Below are positions 39,624 to 53,124 of a stretch of 64,000 nucleotides of DNA, in pieces. Numbering within the stretch: the first letter of the stretch is position 1; the number at the start of each line of letters is the position of its first letter. Source of the DNA: Mobula hypostoma (lineage: Eukaryota); NCBI RefSeq assembly GCF_963921235.1, contig NC_086118.1:26290001-26354000 (forward strand), written 5' to 3'. The notes under the pieces are model-generated. The model made no database searches. It was given only the letters and a program-made list of their open reading frames with translations, and was not told the DNA's origin. The translations under genes and the position numbers were made by a program.

Positions 39624-39797
39624 CACAAACAAGAGAAAATCTGCAGATGTTGGAAAACCCAGCAACACACACAAAATACCAGAGGAACTCAGCAGGGTCC
39701 TGATGAAGGGTCTTGACCGGAAATGTCAACCGTTTACTCTTTTGCATAAATACTGCCTGGCCTGCTGAGCTCCTCCAGCATTTTGTGCACGTTGCTA
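39624..39797. mobile_element. 174 bp fold-back Penelope terminal-repeat insertion with a perfect 11 bp TSD and a hammerhead core
   Basis: CCATTTCCAGT at 39613-39623 and 39798-39808; GTCCTGATGAAGGGTCTTGACCGGAAATGTC at 39697-39727. Confidence 0.85.
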
Positions 39798-40184
39798 CCA
39801 TTTCCAGTGTTGACTTAGTGCATCAGAAGCCCACCTCCTCCCTTCACAAGGCTTCATAACTTGATGTATTGGGGTGGCTGGAGTGGGCATGGTTAGGAAC
39901 AAGTGCAAATATCTGGGAAATTAGGATGAATCCCTAAATATGGAGACTGAAGAATTGGATAACTGGAGAAGGAGGTTGACACCAGCAAAGGAAAATGGGT
40001 AAGGAGCTTTGGGGAAAGGGAGGTAGAAAAAATGCAATATGGGCTTTAGAGGAGGTAGGAGTACGAGATTGGTGTGGGAGATGTTGGTTGGTGAGGTAGA
40101 GCAATAATTGAGAGTGCTGAATGGGGCAAGTGGGAAAAATGGGAAATGACATCTCTGGGTTACAAGAAGAATAGTGAATGAGAA

Positions 40185-40560
40185 TAAACACAAGAAATTC
40201 TGCAGATGCTGAAAATCCAAAGTAACACACACAAAATCTTGGAGGAACTCAGCAGGAAATAAACGAACAGTTGATGTTTCAGACGGAGACTCTTCTTCAG
40301 GACTTGAAAGGAAGGGGGAAGAGACCAGAATAAAAAGATGGGGGAGGGGAAGGCAGACAGCTAGAAGGTGAGAGTTGAAGCTACGTTGATAGGAAAGCTA
40401 AAGAGCCGGAGAGAAAGGAATGTGATAGGAGAGGAGAGTGGACCATAGAAGAAAGAAATGGAGGACAGGGCCCAGGGGGAGGAGACAGGTAGGTGAGAAA
40501 AGGTTAGAGGGCAGAGTAGAGAACAGAAGCAGAGGGGATGAGGAGGGAAAGGGGATGAGA
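40185..40560 (-). mobile_element. Penelope terminal repeat with a hammerhead-like motif (40268-40305)
   Basis: Reverse complement AGTC-CTGAAGA-AGA-GTCTCCG-TCT-GAAA-CATC-AACT; purine-rich tract and the terminus AAACACAAGAAATTCTGCAGATGCTG. Confidence 0.75.
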
Positions 40561-41679
40561 GTGTCTAAGTTGAGAAATAAGGAATGAATTGGTGATTAGA
40601 TATGAAGACTAAATTTACTTGCTGAACAAGGAGCAGCAAACACAATAGTAAAGGGAGTGGAATGATTGGCAATAACTTTGTAAAAGTGAAACAGAAACAG
40701 AAACAGCAAACGTTGGAAACGTTCAGAAGTCAGGCAGTTATCAGTGGAATGAAAAAAAGTTAACATTTTGGATCAAAGGTAAGAACTGGAAAGAAAGAAA
40801 TGTGTTAGCTTTACAATGCAGAGAATGTGGTGGGAGGGTTAGAGAGGATAGAGGAAATTATCTATGGTAGAGTGAGACCAGGATTGCTTTGACAGCGCAT
40901 CGTCGATTTGCAGATCAGATGAAAAAGAAGTGCAATATATGGAAATTGGCTCATCAGAGTCTTCTGATGGAGAAGGAAAGCAACTGAGTCAATATCACAG
41001 GTGGATGACTTGCAGCAGCAATGGGAAATAGAGTTACTTGAATTATTATCACATTTATTTCACGTGTTAAAAGGCCTACAGTATATCTAACAAATTCAAG
41101 TAATACGGATATTCTGAGATGATAGAAAATTGTAACTTTTGTAATGCAGAGTAATCTATATGTGTAAGTTTGAAAGGCCCAGATCAGAATCAAAATTACT
41201 CCTTTGGTCTCTATCATCAATAGGTTGGCCAGGAGAGGGCAGACTTTAATAAGTTAGAGACCAACAATTTTGCAAGATGGAACCATGTAATCATGGATGC
41301 TATTCATGCAGGTGCGCAGAATTTTTTGGCTACACAAAACGACATCAATAAAATCTTGAACGTTTACACACTGATTTTTTTTTTTCTCTCCAGTACATGA
41401 TATGAGCAAGCCACACTCTGGAACATATATGTCAGCCAACCAGGTTGCTTTGAATCACTTTGAAGTTTAAAGATGATGCACGAGTTTTTTTGGCAGAATA
41501 GTACACAAACTGGAAAAGATTCAATAACAGAAACAGACTCCTTCAGAAAGAAGAAAAGCAACCAAAGGAAAAATCAAAAGAACCGAGTTCCAAGAGGAGT
41601 TCAAATAGTGATTGAAAAATTAAGTTGGTGATAATTAAAGAAACAGATTGGAAATTATGAAATAGGAAAAAAAGTACAA

Positions 41680-42470
41680 AGTAAAAAGTAAATGATAAGA
41701 TCAAAGTACACATATGTCACCATATACAATTCTGGGTTTCATTTTCCTGTGGGCAACTCAGCAAATCTATAGAATAGTAACTGTAACAGGATTAATGAAA
41801 GATCAACCAGAGTGCAGAAGACAACAAACTATGTATATACAAATATAAATGAATAGCAACAAATAACGAGATCATGAATTACTTAACATGAGTAAAAGAG
41901 TCCTTAAAGTGAGGTAATAGGTTGTGGCAACATCTCAATGGATGGACAAGTGAGTGTAGTTACTCCTTTGTTCAAGAGCCTCACAGTTGAGGGGTAGTAG
42001 CTGTTCTTGAACCTGGTGGTGCAAGTCCTGAGGCTCTTGTACCTTCTATCTGATGGCAGCAGCGAGAAAAGAGCATGGCCTGGATGATGGGGATCTCTGA
42101 TGATGGATGCTGTGTTCCTACCACAGCGTTTCAAGTAGATGTGCTCAGTGGTTGGGAGGGCTTTACTCATGATGTTCTGGGCCAAATCCACTATCTTTTG
42201 TAGGATTTTCCATTCTAAGGCACTGGTGTTTTCATATCAGGCCATGAAACAGCCAGTCAATACAGTCTCCAGTACACATCTATAGAAGTTTCTCAAAGTT
42301 TTAGGTGTCATGCTGAAGCTCCGCAGACTCCTAAGGAAGAAGAGGCACTCCCAATGCTATCTTCGCAATTGCACTTACGTGCTGAGTCCAGGACAGATCC
42401 TATGAAACTGTAACATCAAGAATTTAAAGCTGCTAACCTTCTCCACCTCTGTTCCTCTGATGAGGATAAG
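41680..42470 (-). mobile_element. Rex1/Babar 3' fragment
   Basis: ORF 41904..42191 IIRDPHHPGHALFSLLPSDRRYKSLRTCTTRFKNSYYPS plus a Rex tail. Confidence 0.88.
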
Positions 42471-42944
42471 AATCAGTAAGAAGGGATTTACCGTAAGGGT
42501 AACTGGAATGGCATTCACAGCTGGCTGATGAATCAACTGCAGGTGTCCCCTGCTTAGAAACCTTTAGGAGATCAATGGTATGGATTGGCTGACTGCTGTG
42601 CAGCTGCGGTTACCATCTGCCGTGTGGGAACCTGGTTTGTGGCCACATTTCTGACTTGTGAACACTGCAATATCCTGGGGAGCAGCTGTACTTTCAATCC
42701 GAGTAAAGGTCAAAAAATATCTTGAATTGTATTTCAAGAATTATGACTTGCAAATCTGGAAACCAATTCCCAAATTTAATAATTATAAGTGAAAATGCTG
42801 ACGAGGGAGAGGGAGAATAAGTGGAGTGCAGTCGAGGATTTATGATGGGCAGATCAAAGAGGGTAAAGAGAAGGAAAAATATGTATGACACAGACTGATA
42901 TTGGTGGAGAGATAGTTTACAAATGGAGGTGTAAATAAAAGGGA

Positions 42945-43246
42945 GTGTGGCGCGTGGCCAAGTCGTTAACGCGTTCGTCTGAAGGTTGCTAGCTCAAGCC
43001 TTGGCTGAGTGCTTTGTCCCTGAGCAAGGCACTTAACCACACATTGCTCTGCGATGACACCGGTGCCAAGCTGTATAGGTTCTAATGCCCTTCCCTTCGA
43101 CAACATCAGTGGCGTAGAGAGGGGAGACTTGCAGCATGGGCAACTGCTGGTCTTCCATACAACCATGCCCAGGCCTGCGCCCTGGAAACCTTCCAAGGCA
43201 CAAATCCATGGTCTCACGAGACTAACAGATGTCTATCTATCTATCA
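42945..43246 (+). mobile_element. tRNA-derived SINE, same family as 32032-32328
   Basis: TGGCGCGTGGCCAAGTCGTTAA head, GTCCCTGAGCAAGGCACTTAACC, (CTAT)n tail; TAAAAGGG on both flanks. Confidence 0.85.
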
Positions 43247-43934
43247 AGTAAAAGGGGAAAATATACTGGTACCAAGAGATGTAGAACACAGCAGTTGCCT
43301 GCAACCTGAAATGCAAGAGAATGTGGGGTAAACGCAGCATGTCAGGCAGCATCTGTAGAGAGAGAATCTTTTCAGAACTCACTGGGTATTGAGAAACAAA
43401 GCTTTGCAGATGCTGTAAATCTGAAACAAAAAATGAAAACAGCAGGGATAGTCAGCACATCAGGCAAAATCTGTAGCGAGTGCAGCGGAGCCAGGTGCAT
43501 TAACTCTAATATAAAAGGTCATCAATATTAAAACGCCAACACTACACTTTACGCAATAAACTTCCTAGGCTTTGCTATATTCATCGCAAAACTGGCAAGT
43601 TGTTTCTCAAACAGAAAAGTTGGAGATGTGAAATTGTCAAATGCAATTCTGAGCCCCAAGTGAGATGTGATTTAGTTTTTCCCCACATGTGAAGTCAGAT
43701 CTGCTAGGTTTAAAATATTCTCAATTACATGTATGAACAGTTGGATATTTGAGCTTGTGTTGACAAGTAATGGCAAAATAAAGCCTTTGTTTTCCTTCAA
43801 ACTAGGTCTCCTCCCTGAACTTGTACAATACTCAAAAGTTTCTTTACCTCTGCTGCCAAATTTCCACCCCACTCTCACTTTCAAATTATCCATCTTTGAT
43901 TCTTCACTCTCCTTTTTGTAAATCTGTCTCTATC

Positions 43935-45190
43935 TCAGGAGACTGGATATTTGTCACTAATCTATCACAACCCCACAGACTGTGAAGCCATCTCAACTAT
44001 ACTTCCTCACACAATACCAGAATCAGAATCAGGTTTATTATCACCGGCATGTGACATGAAATTTGTTAACTTAGCAGCAGCAGTTCAATGCAATACATAG
44101 TCTAGCAGAGAGAGAAAAAAATAACAATAATAATAAATAAACAAGTAAATCAATTATGTATATTGAATAGATTAAAAATTGGCAAAAACAGAAATACTGT
44201 ATATTAAAAAAATGTGAGGTAGTGTCCAAAGATTCAATGTCCATTTAGGAATCGGATGGCAGGAAGCTGTTCCTGAATCACTGAGTGTGGGCCTTCAGGC
44301 TTCTGCACCTCTTACTTGATGGTAACAGTGAGAAAAGGGCATGCCCTGGGTGCTGGAGGTCCTTAATAATGGACACTGCCTTTCTGAGACACTGCTCCCT
44401 GAAGATATCCTGGGTATCTTGTAGGCTAGTACCCAAGGTGGAGCTGACTAGATTTACAACCTTTTGCAGCTTCTTTCGGTCCTGTGCAGTAGTCCCTCCA
44501 GACCAGACAGTGATGCAGCCTGTCAGAATGCTCTCCATGGTACAACTACAAAAGTTTTTGAGTGTATTTGTTGACATGCCAAATCTCTTCAAATTCTTAA
44601 AAATGTATAGCCACTGTCTTGCATTCTTTATAACTAGAACTAGAATTATTCCATTCTTCTAATTCCCCGGTCTCTGTAGTATCTGCTTGAGTGACAGGTC
44701 TTTCCACAGGTACCTCCGAGATGCCTTTATTCTTTCTGAAACATGGTTTCACTTCCATCAATGTTAACAGATCCCATAACTGAATTTCATCTATTTCTCT
44801 TAGGTCTTCTCCTGCCACCTCCTCTTCCATCCTAAGACTGCAAGGATAGATCACACCATTCAAGAGGACATCCTTTGCAAATATTGCTACTTTCACTGGG
44901 GGTCTATCTCCAGGCACAGCTTCTCTTCTCTTTCAGTATTCCACAGGTACCTTTCCTTTCATGGCTACTGGCCTATATTTCCATCACCATCAACCACTCC
45001 CCTTCTCACAGCACTTGTCTATACTTTCACATCTTCTGTTCCAGGCACCCCAAAGTGCTTCCGGGTGAAGCAATAGTCTACTTGTCTTTTCTCTAGTCTA
45101 GTGACTTGCGCATGGGGCTTGCCAGCTGGACTCCCCCATGTGGGAGAAAACAAATGCAATCTGGGTGCCCATTTTACAGAGCCACTGTAA
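43935..45190 (+). mobile_element. Old Penelope RT/GIY-YIG remnant split by a Rex1 insertion
   Basis: TNLSQPHRL...LNYTSSH before the insertion and IIPFF...VGENKCNLGAHFTE after it, colinear with 20618-21400. Confidence 0.6.
44018..44632 (-). mobile_element. Rex1/Babar 3' fragment (different subfamily, (GATTCT)n tail)
   Basis: ORF 44278..44592 LKNFCSCTMESILTGCITVW...KLQKVV...HPGHALFSLLPS; AGAATCAGAATC at 44019. Confidence 0.9.
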
Positions 45191-45221
45191 GTCTCTATTC
45201 TGCTCCCACTCTCAATAGCTC

Positions 45222-45912
45222 AATGGTTCAATTTAGTATCAGGGAATGTACGCAGGATACAACCTGAAATTTTTACTCTTTGCAGATCCGAAACAGAAGA
45301 AAAACCCCAAAAAGTGAATGACAGAAAATGTTCGAACCCCAAAGCTCCCTCCCCCTCACAAGCCACAATAAAAGCATCAGCCCTCCCCCTCCCATGCACA
45401 GGCATCAGCAAATGCATCATCCCCCATCACCCATCACGCACGCAATAGAAAAGCCCGCAGATACAATAATCTAGAGTCCATAAAAAAAGCGACTGTCTTT
45501 CCCAACACTTCAGCATCTCACAGGCTCTCTCACACAAGCGAGGGAGAGGTACTGTTCCTGTCACAGCGAGAGAGGGGCCAAGAGCTCACTGTTTCAATGT
45601 CACAATCTGCAGCGTTGCTTACTTTGACAGCAGTATACACTGCTGACTCGATGTTTCAATCTCCTGCAGCGCTTCAGTCGGCGAAAGTGGCAGGGAACCA
45701 GCTCGTCCACAGGGCCAAACCCCAAAGGCACTCATCTTCCTGGCCACTCCTCGAGATATCTAAAATGCTAGGTCGCTCAGCAAGTGAGAACCCACAGTTG
45801 TGAAGAACTGCAGTTTGAAGAGCAGCTGTAAGTTTGACCAATCTACTCTGACCAACTTGTTAATGGTACAAAAGAAGTTTAAGAGACAACACGTCACCCT
45901 CCACCTAGATGT
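45222..45912 (-). mobile_element. Putative non-autonomous element with a Rex1-like tail
   Basis: Minus-strand tail ATTTCAGGTTGTATCCTGCGTACATTCCCTGATACTAAATTGAACCATTGAG resembles 10950-11005; non-coding body; 5' boundary uncertain. Confidence 0.4.
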
Positions 45913-47330
45913 GTTGCTGCATTGCAGACTCCTTAACAGCTTCAGGTAGCACATTATTTCAGTTTGTATCAGATCTGGTCCATTCAGCTGCAGGTCATCC
46001 AAACGCAACGTTGGCTCAGTTTTTCACCCTTCACTCGGATTGTTAAAGCTTTCAAGGTCCTTTGTGTGCATTTGCTCTTTTCAACCGCCCTCATGAACCT
46101 ATCTTCCAAATCACATCATCAGGAGTTTATACCATGACCTCACCCTCTGAGAAATATTCCATTTGTCCTATTGATTCCTTCCCACCTTCTCTGCAGTGAC
46201 AACTGAGATGCTTTTTCTGTTTCTCTGTCCACAGGTGATATCTGACCTGCTGAATATTTCCAGTATATTCTGTTTTTATTCAACTAATGGCAGGATTGAG
46301 CTGGCATTTAGCAAACGAACAATCCAATGGACAGGATTGAAACAGAAAGCTGTTTCACCAAGCTGTCTGGTGGCTGCAGTATAAAATATAGAGCCACATG
46401 ATGTTGATTTAATGAAAATGAATGGGTGATGTTGACAGAGCAATTTATTGTGTTGATGTAAAAGCACAACTAAAATGTACCACACTGTGAAGTGCAAGTA
46501 TTCTTAAAACATACATCCTAGGTAAAATATAAATATACAACAATGAATTTTGATTATGTTTCCTTTGTAACACTACTGACATAAGTTTATTCACGATTTG
46601 CATAACATTTACATATATTCTCAGGCAGACGTCTCTACATTTAATATAAAACCTGTTAAGAATTCTAATTTAAGATCAGTGCACCAATCCCCAATGACAA
46701 AAGTTAGCAATTCATTGCTGAAAGGACATTGGACTGCACTACAAGATTGCTCTGTATGTGCAGTAATAAAATTACTTCTGCATTCAGAAAACATTAAAAA
46801 TTGCATAGCTGTGCATCCCAGCTTTCTTACTGAGATGTCAAACTCCAATGGCTTACCTCACCTTAGCTTAGTTTCAGCAAAGTTTTAAAATCAGTTATTA
46901 TTGATGAACTGATTTTTTTAATTTTAAAGTGAAGTAATTAATATTGCATGCTTCCACTGTGAAGCTGAAACTGATAAGCACAGTGAAACCCAGGTAGACA
47001 CAAGCCGGTCCAGTTAAAATGTCATTTCATTTTCTAGCCCCAGAATGACCAAATTCATTTTAGCAGCAGTTTAGCAGGGTAGGCTTGAGAGGCCTTGTGC
47101 ATCACTCCAGACCCTACTTGTGCACTAAAAATCACTTCTGTATAAAAGCAGCTCATCAATAATACTAACTGCGAATAATGCCTTGTGAAGTACAAATGTA
47201 CCTCACTGTTTTCAAGAAGATAAGCATGAGCCATTGAATTACACAGCCCTTGGAAAATAAAATAAGAGTTTGAACAACAATGAAGGAATTGCAATATGTT
47301 CCAAATATGTAGCATGGAGTGGAACTGGAA

Positions 47331-49027
47331 CAAAGTTGATGCGCAATAAGATTAAAGAACTAATGGGGAAATTACCTTGCTCAGCAAGTGGATGCATCAA
47401 GGCAAAAGATGGCAGCTTAATTATGAACAAATAGGAAATCCTAAACAGCTGGACAGAATATATAAAAGAACTTTTTGAAGACGAAAGAGGAGAAAAACCG
47501 AACACAAAGAAGAATCTTGAAGGACCTAGCATTCTAAAATCAGAAATTCGAGCAGCCGTAAATAAAACAAAACATAACAGAGCAACTGGTCCAGACAACA
47601 TCACTGTTGAAATGATACTGGCCTTAGAAGATTTTGGAATAGAGAAAATAACAGAAATAGCAAATGAAATCTATGATCAAGGGGAGATACCCGATGATTT
47701 AAGTAAATCAGTGTTCATCACACTTCCAAAGAATGAAGGAGCAACAGAATGTGAGTTACATCGTACAATAAGCCTGATGAGCCACGTGGCAAAATTTATT
47801 CTCGGAGTAATCATGATGAGAGCAAGACGCTGTATAAAACCAGAAATAAATAAAGAACAATGCGGCTTTGTGGAAAACACTGGAACCAGAAATGCAATTT
47901 TCATGCTATGGATGATCTGTGAACGAGCCATCCAGGTACAAAAAGACATCTACCTATGTTTCATTGACTATACCAAAGCTTTTGACGCTGTCAGAAAGCA
48001 AGATCTTCTGGAAATGCTTCAAGATCTTGGCATAGATGGGAAAGATATATGTTTCTTAAGAAACTTATACTGGGACCAGTCAGCATCCATCAGAATAGAA
48101 GGAGAAGTGAGTGAGTATGTGAATATCATGAGAGGAGTCAGGCAAGGTTGTGTCCTTTCGCCAGACTTATTCAACCTGTACAGTGAAAATATCTTGAGAA
48201 GTATCAAAGACATCAAAGGATTCACAATTGGAGGCCATAATATAAATAACATCAGATATGCTGATGACATCGTACTAATAGCTGACTCAGAAACAAAACT
48301 TCAAGAACTACTCACTATAGTGGCAGCAGAAAGTAATCGCAGAGGCCTCTCAATCAACACCAAGACAGAAAGCATGGTCATCTCCAGAAAGACAAACATC
48401 CCACAATGTGTGATCAAGATCGGAAATGCAAACATCAAACAAGTCAATAAATTCAAATATCTTGGCAGCCTAATAACAGGTGCGACACAGATATCAAATA
48501 CAGAATAGCAATGGCGAAAGCAGCTTTCCAAAAAATGAAGACCAGATTAACAGACAGAAAGATGAACACATACACTAAAAACAGAATACTGCAGTGCTAC
48601 ATTTATTCTATCCTGACTTATGGAAGTGAATGCTGGACCATTTCCCCAGCAAAGGAAAAGAGACTAAAGCAGCTGAATTATGGTTCTACAGGAGAATGTT
48701 AAAAATATCATGGACCACACACACATCAAATGAAGACGTTCTCAGAAGAGCCCAAGCAGTTTGATCACTCATACCAACAATAAGATAAAGACAACTCCGA
48801 TTCCTAGGACACATCATGAGGAAAGATGAACTAGAAAAACTCATACTCGCTGGAAAGATTGAGGGGAGTACACCTAGAGGAAGACCTCGGCTTATGTACA
48901 TCAAAAGCCTTGCCAGACGGCTACACATCGAGGAAATGGAAGTCATCCAAAAAACGAAGCATAGATCTACGTGGAAAACCATGGTCACCAAAGTCCGCAT
49001 CGGATGTGGTCCCTAGACAGATAGACA
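47331..49027 (+). mobile_element. RTE-clade LINE, 5'-truncated, with a 15 bp TSD
   Basis: GGAGTGGAACTGGAA (47316-47330) and GGAGTGGAACTTGAA (49028-49042); (TAGA/CAGA)n tail; RTE C-terminus FLGHIMRKDELEKLILAGKIEG. Confidence 0.92.
47612..48508 (+). pseudogene. RTE-type reverse transcriptase fragment (298 aa open frame, the longest in the window)
   Basis: RTISLMSH, EQCGF...GTRNAIF, FIDYTKAFD, GVRQGCVLSPDLFNLYSE, IRYADD, FKYLGS. A stop upstream and frameshifts downstream break the ORF. Confidence 0.9.
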
Positions 49028-49145
49028 GGAGTGGAACTTGAAAATAATGGTTTACCACTGTACCTGCTGTCATTGTCCCACTAGGTCAGAGTGGCTGCAA
49101 ATTTGGGAGCTGCTGTCAAAGAAGCCTTCACCAGTTGTTCAACTA

Positions 49146-50350
49146 CAGTGGCTGTAAAAAATATTCACCCCCTTCGAAATGTTAATGTTTTATTGTTTTA
49201 CAACATTGAATCACAGTGGATTTAATTTGGCTTTTTTGACACTGATCAACAGAAAAAGACTCTTTCTTATCAAAGTGAAAACAGATCTCTGCAAAGTGAT
49301 CAAAATTTATTACAAATATAAAGCACAAAATAACTGACTGCATAAGTATTCACCCCCTTTAATATGATACATCAGATCATCATTGGTGCAGCCAATTAGT
49401 TTTAGAAGTCACATAATTAGTTAAATGGAGATCACTACTGTACAGTCAAGCTGTTCCAATTGATTGTAGTAAAAATACACCCGTATCTGGAAGGACCAAC
49501 TGTTATTATCTTGGCAAAAACTACACCGTGACGGCAAAAAAAAACACTCCAAGCAACTCCATGAAAAGGTTATTGAAAAGCACAAGGTATGAGATGGATA
49601 CAAGAAAATTTCCAAGTCACTGAACAAACACTGCACATCATCAAAAACACACCATTCCTCATTAACCTGGTGGTGGCTGCATCATGCTGTGGGACTACTT
49701 AACTATAGCAGGCCCTGGAAGGCCTGTGAAGGTAGAGGATAAAATGAATGCAGCAAATACAGGGACATCCTAGAGAAAAACCTGATCAAGTCTGCAAGAG
49801 AACTGTAACTTGTGAGATTTGTTTTCCACTAAGAGAATGAACCCCAAGTTTAAAGCCAAAGCTATACAGGAGTAGCTTAAAAACAACAAGTTAATGCCCT
49901 GGTGTGGCCAGGTCAGAGTCCTAACCTCAACTTAATTGAAAATTTGTGGCTGGACTTGAAAGGGGCTCTTCCCTCGTGATCCCGATGCAATCTGACAGAG
50001 CTTGGGCAGTTTTGTAAAGAAGAATGGGGGAAAATTGCAGTGTTCAGACGTGTAAAGCTGATGGAAACCTATCCACACAGACTCAAGGCTGTAATTGTTG
50101 CCAAAGGTGCATCTATTAAATACTGACTTGAAAGGGGTGAATACTAATGCCATCAATTATTTTGTGTTTTATATTTGTAATTAATTTAATCACCCTGTAG
50201 AGATCTGCTTTCATTTTGACAGGAAGAGCCTTTCTCTGTTGATCAGTGTCAAAGAAAGCTAAATGAAATCCACTGTGATTCAATGTTGTAAAACAATATA
50301 ACATGAACACTTCCAGGGTGGGGGGTGGCGGATACTTGTTATAGGCACTG
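49146..50350 (+). mobile_element. Tc1 transposon of the same family as 3233-4782, with an internal deletion
   Basis: TA|CAGTGGCTGTAAAAAATATTCACCCC...TATAGGCACTG|TA. Colinear with the 3233 copy but jumps at ~49623 from CAAGTCACTGAA to CAAACACTGCACATCATC. Confidence 0.93.
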
Positions 50351-52439
50351 TATATTGTTGATGAAATGAACTGCAGTTTCAGTTTGACCTTCCTGAAGGT
50401 AGCTGGAGATCTAATTACTTAGGCAAGTCTTCAGCCAAGTCTTAAGTTTTTGATGATTGAAAAGCTTTAGGTGGTAGGAAGTGTCTTTTGAAGAATACTC
50501 AGGTTCTCAACTATGCTTTTAGCTGCAGTATTTATGGTTCTTCTCCAGTCAAATTTTTGCCTATTGTAACTCGCATGATACCAATGACTACAGATTTAGT
50601 GCTGCTAACACCACTTCTTAACAAGAGATCCCATTAGGCTTTTTCTTATATACTTGTGTGGTATCACTGTAAACGTAAATCCTCAGCAAATGTAAATTTA
50701 CCTTAAAAATACCAGCTATTGACTTGCACTTAGAAACCTTTAATTTGTAGTTTTCAGTTCATGTGTCTTCCAACCTTAATAATAATATTTTCAATTTGTA
50801 CTATTAGAGACACTGCATTAAATTTTAAATTTCATTCAGAAACTAAAAGGAATACCCTTGCCATGCATTGAATAAAGTGCTTCTTTTGCCCCAACAGAAG
50901 AATTCCGACAATAAAGTATGCTAAAATGGGCTCTTCTTACGGCCAAAATATTTAATTGGGATGAGCTTCCCGAGCTGGTTTTGGATTGGAGGGCAAATTA
51001 AAATTACAATTTAAATACAGTATACTTTGCTAAGAGCTAAATGATGGACAATTCATTTACAATATCTGATTATTATTGTATATGTCTTTATACTTGGGCT
51101 TTGAACGGCTTTGGTAGTCTATCTACAAGCTGAGAGGAGTTTTTTTTTATAAAAGCAGGGCAGACACCAAATAGAGACTCACAGCAGGAATCTGCTAAAA
51201 GAGGAAACCTCTGTTTCAGGGTGAAGGGAGTTATTGTCTTTTTTAAATTAGCTTGGAGCTCTCACCAGTATGGACTGGCACCTCTACATTTTCTTTTATT
51301 ATGTATAAGTATGTGAACAGAAGTTGTACTGGTTGTATATGACTGTTCAGAGTGTTTTATCAGAATATGTGCTCTTGCAGAGAGACAGCTGTTTTAGTAG
51401 CAATAGAATGCACTATGGATTTCGCTGTTTCGCTGTTTCAATTGCCTATCCATATAAAGTAGCACAAGGTTCAATTTAAACCAAGCTTTGTCTCAGTGTT
51501 CAAATCTGGTTTGCTCTGCGGAGACAGACTGAGTACATCTGCTTGAGGCAGCATGAACATCCAATCTGGAACACCAAAGGCAGCTTTTTTAACACACTCC
51601 CCAGGTCTTGCTGTTGTTCTCATAAATGTAGGACACTGTTAGACAATACCCAGATGTGGGAAGCTAAAAATCAGATGAAAGGAATGGCTGACAACACTGA
51701 ATCTGAACAGGTTTACGAGGCAAATCCGAATGTGTTACATATTCCAGAATACAGCTAGCTCAATTGGGAAAATAATAACTTGGGCTTCAAATAAATAAAA
51801 CAAACAAAACTTCAGGCCATTGTGTGCTAAGTTGTACATGACTTGTGATCCTTTGTGGAGACCTGGCAAGACATGCTAGGATATTATGTACTACACTATA
51901 CATCAAAGATCATTTACAACCTGCAGGCAATCATTTTAATATTAACAACAATGCTTGGCTCTGGTTTCACTTGGTATTATCTCATTTATTAAACTTCAAT
52001 GGAAATGAAACCATCAGTAGAAATTACTTGCAAGTTTCCTGCTGGGTGTCATTATGAATAAGATATTCTTTCCTAAAGATACAGCTTTGCAACTAACTGT
52101 TTGGTTTCAAGACCATGTTAATGCATCCAAAGAATTGGAAAAGTTCTTTAGACTTGTCAGTAACTAAAAATGTTACTTAATCTACAGCTAAATTGCAAAA
52201 TAGACAAGTGAGAAATTCAGATGTTACAGTTAGCATCTGTGTACAGATCAGAGAGCATACTGATGCATTATTCTAACAAGCATATCATCAATGCTAAGGC
52301 ACGGGCAAGACCACTTGATGGTATATGTGAGAATCTGTTTCTTTCTTATCACTTTAAAAGTTCAAACTTGTTGGCCAGTGATGGAATACCATTGATTATG
52401 ACCCTGCTGTGTTCGTAGACTTCTTTCCAGCCAAGTCTG

Positions 52440-52850
52440 GATAAAAAGGCATCTGTTGCATTTTCTTCTTTTATTTGAGTTGCAGGGCGAAGGGAAAGAA
52501 GGGTGAGAGTGAGTGGAGAGAAGGAGGACAGAAAAGAGGAATGACGGGGAAGTTGTAGAATGAGAGAAAAGATACAAGCAAGGAGAGGGATGGAGAGGGG
52601 AATGGAGGATAGGGAAGAAGAAAGGGAAAAATAAGAAGGGGATGGAGGAAAGGGAAGGAGTATAATGTTGAGGGGACAGGTGAAAGGAGGGGAAGAATAG
52701 GAATAGGGTGAAAGAGTGTGAAAGAGTGGGAAAGGGAGCGATGCTAAGGAGCTAGAGAGCATTTGAGGGGACAGGTGATGAAGAAGAGGAAAGTGAGGTG
52801 AATAGAAAGGATAGAGTTGAGGGGAGTGGACGGAGAGGAGGAGGGTAGAT
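52440..52850. repeat. Purine-rich low-complexity tract
   Basis: Near-continuous G/A sequence; ORF 52349..52762 is a compositional artefact. Confidence 0.75.
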
Positions 52851-53124
52851 TACAGCAAATGTGGTCAGTTTCAAGTTCAGCTCCAAGCCCTTCAAGTGGC
52901 TGAGTTGCAATTAATCATCTCCTGCTGAGGACAAGGTGCACAGACAGGTTCCAAGGAACAGCCTGAGCAAAGGTTTCAAGGTGAGAAGAGGAAAAGGCTG
53001 GGAGATAACTGACCCAAACAGTTCAAAATGGTAAAATAATGAAAATAATACAAGCACTCGTCACAAGTAAGAACAAAATACAGTGTTCACTGTTTAATGT
53101 TCAATATTGTTCAATGCTTATTGT

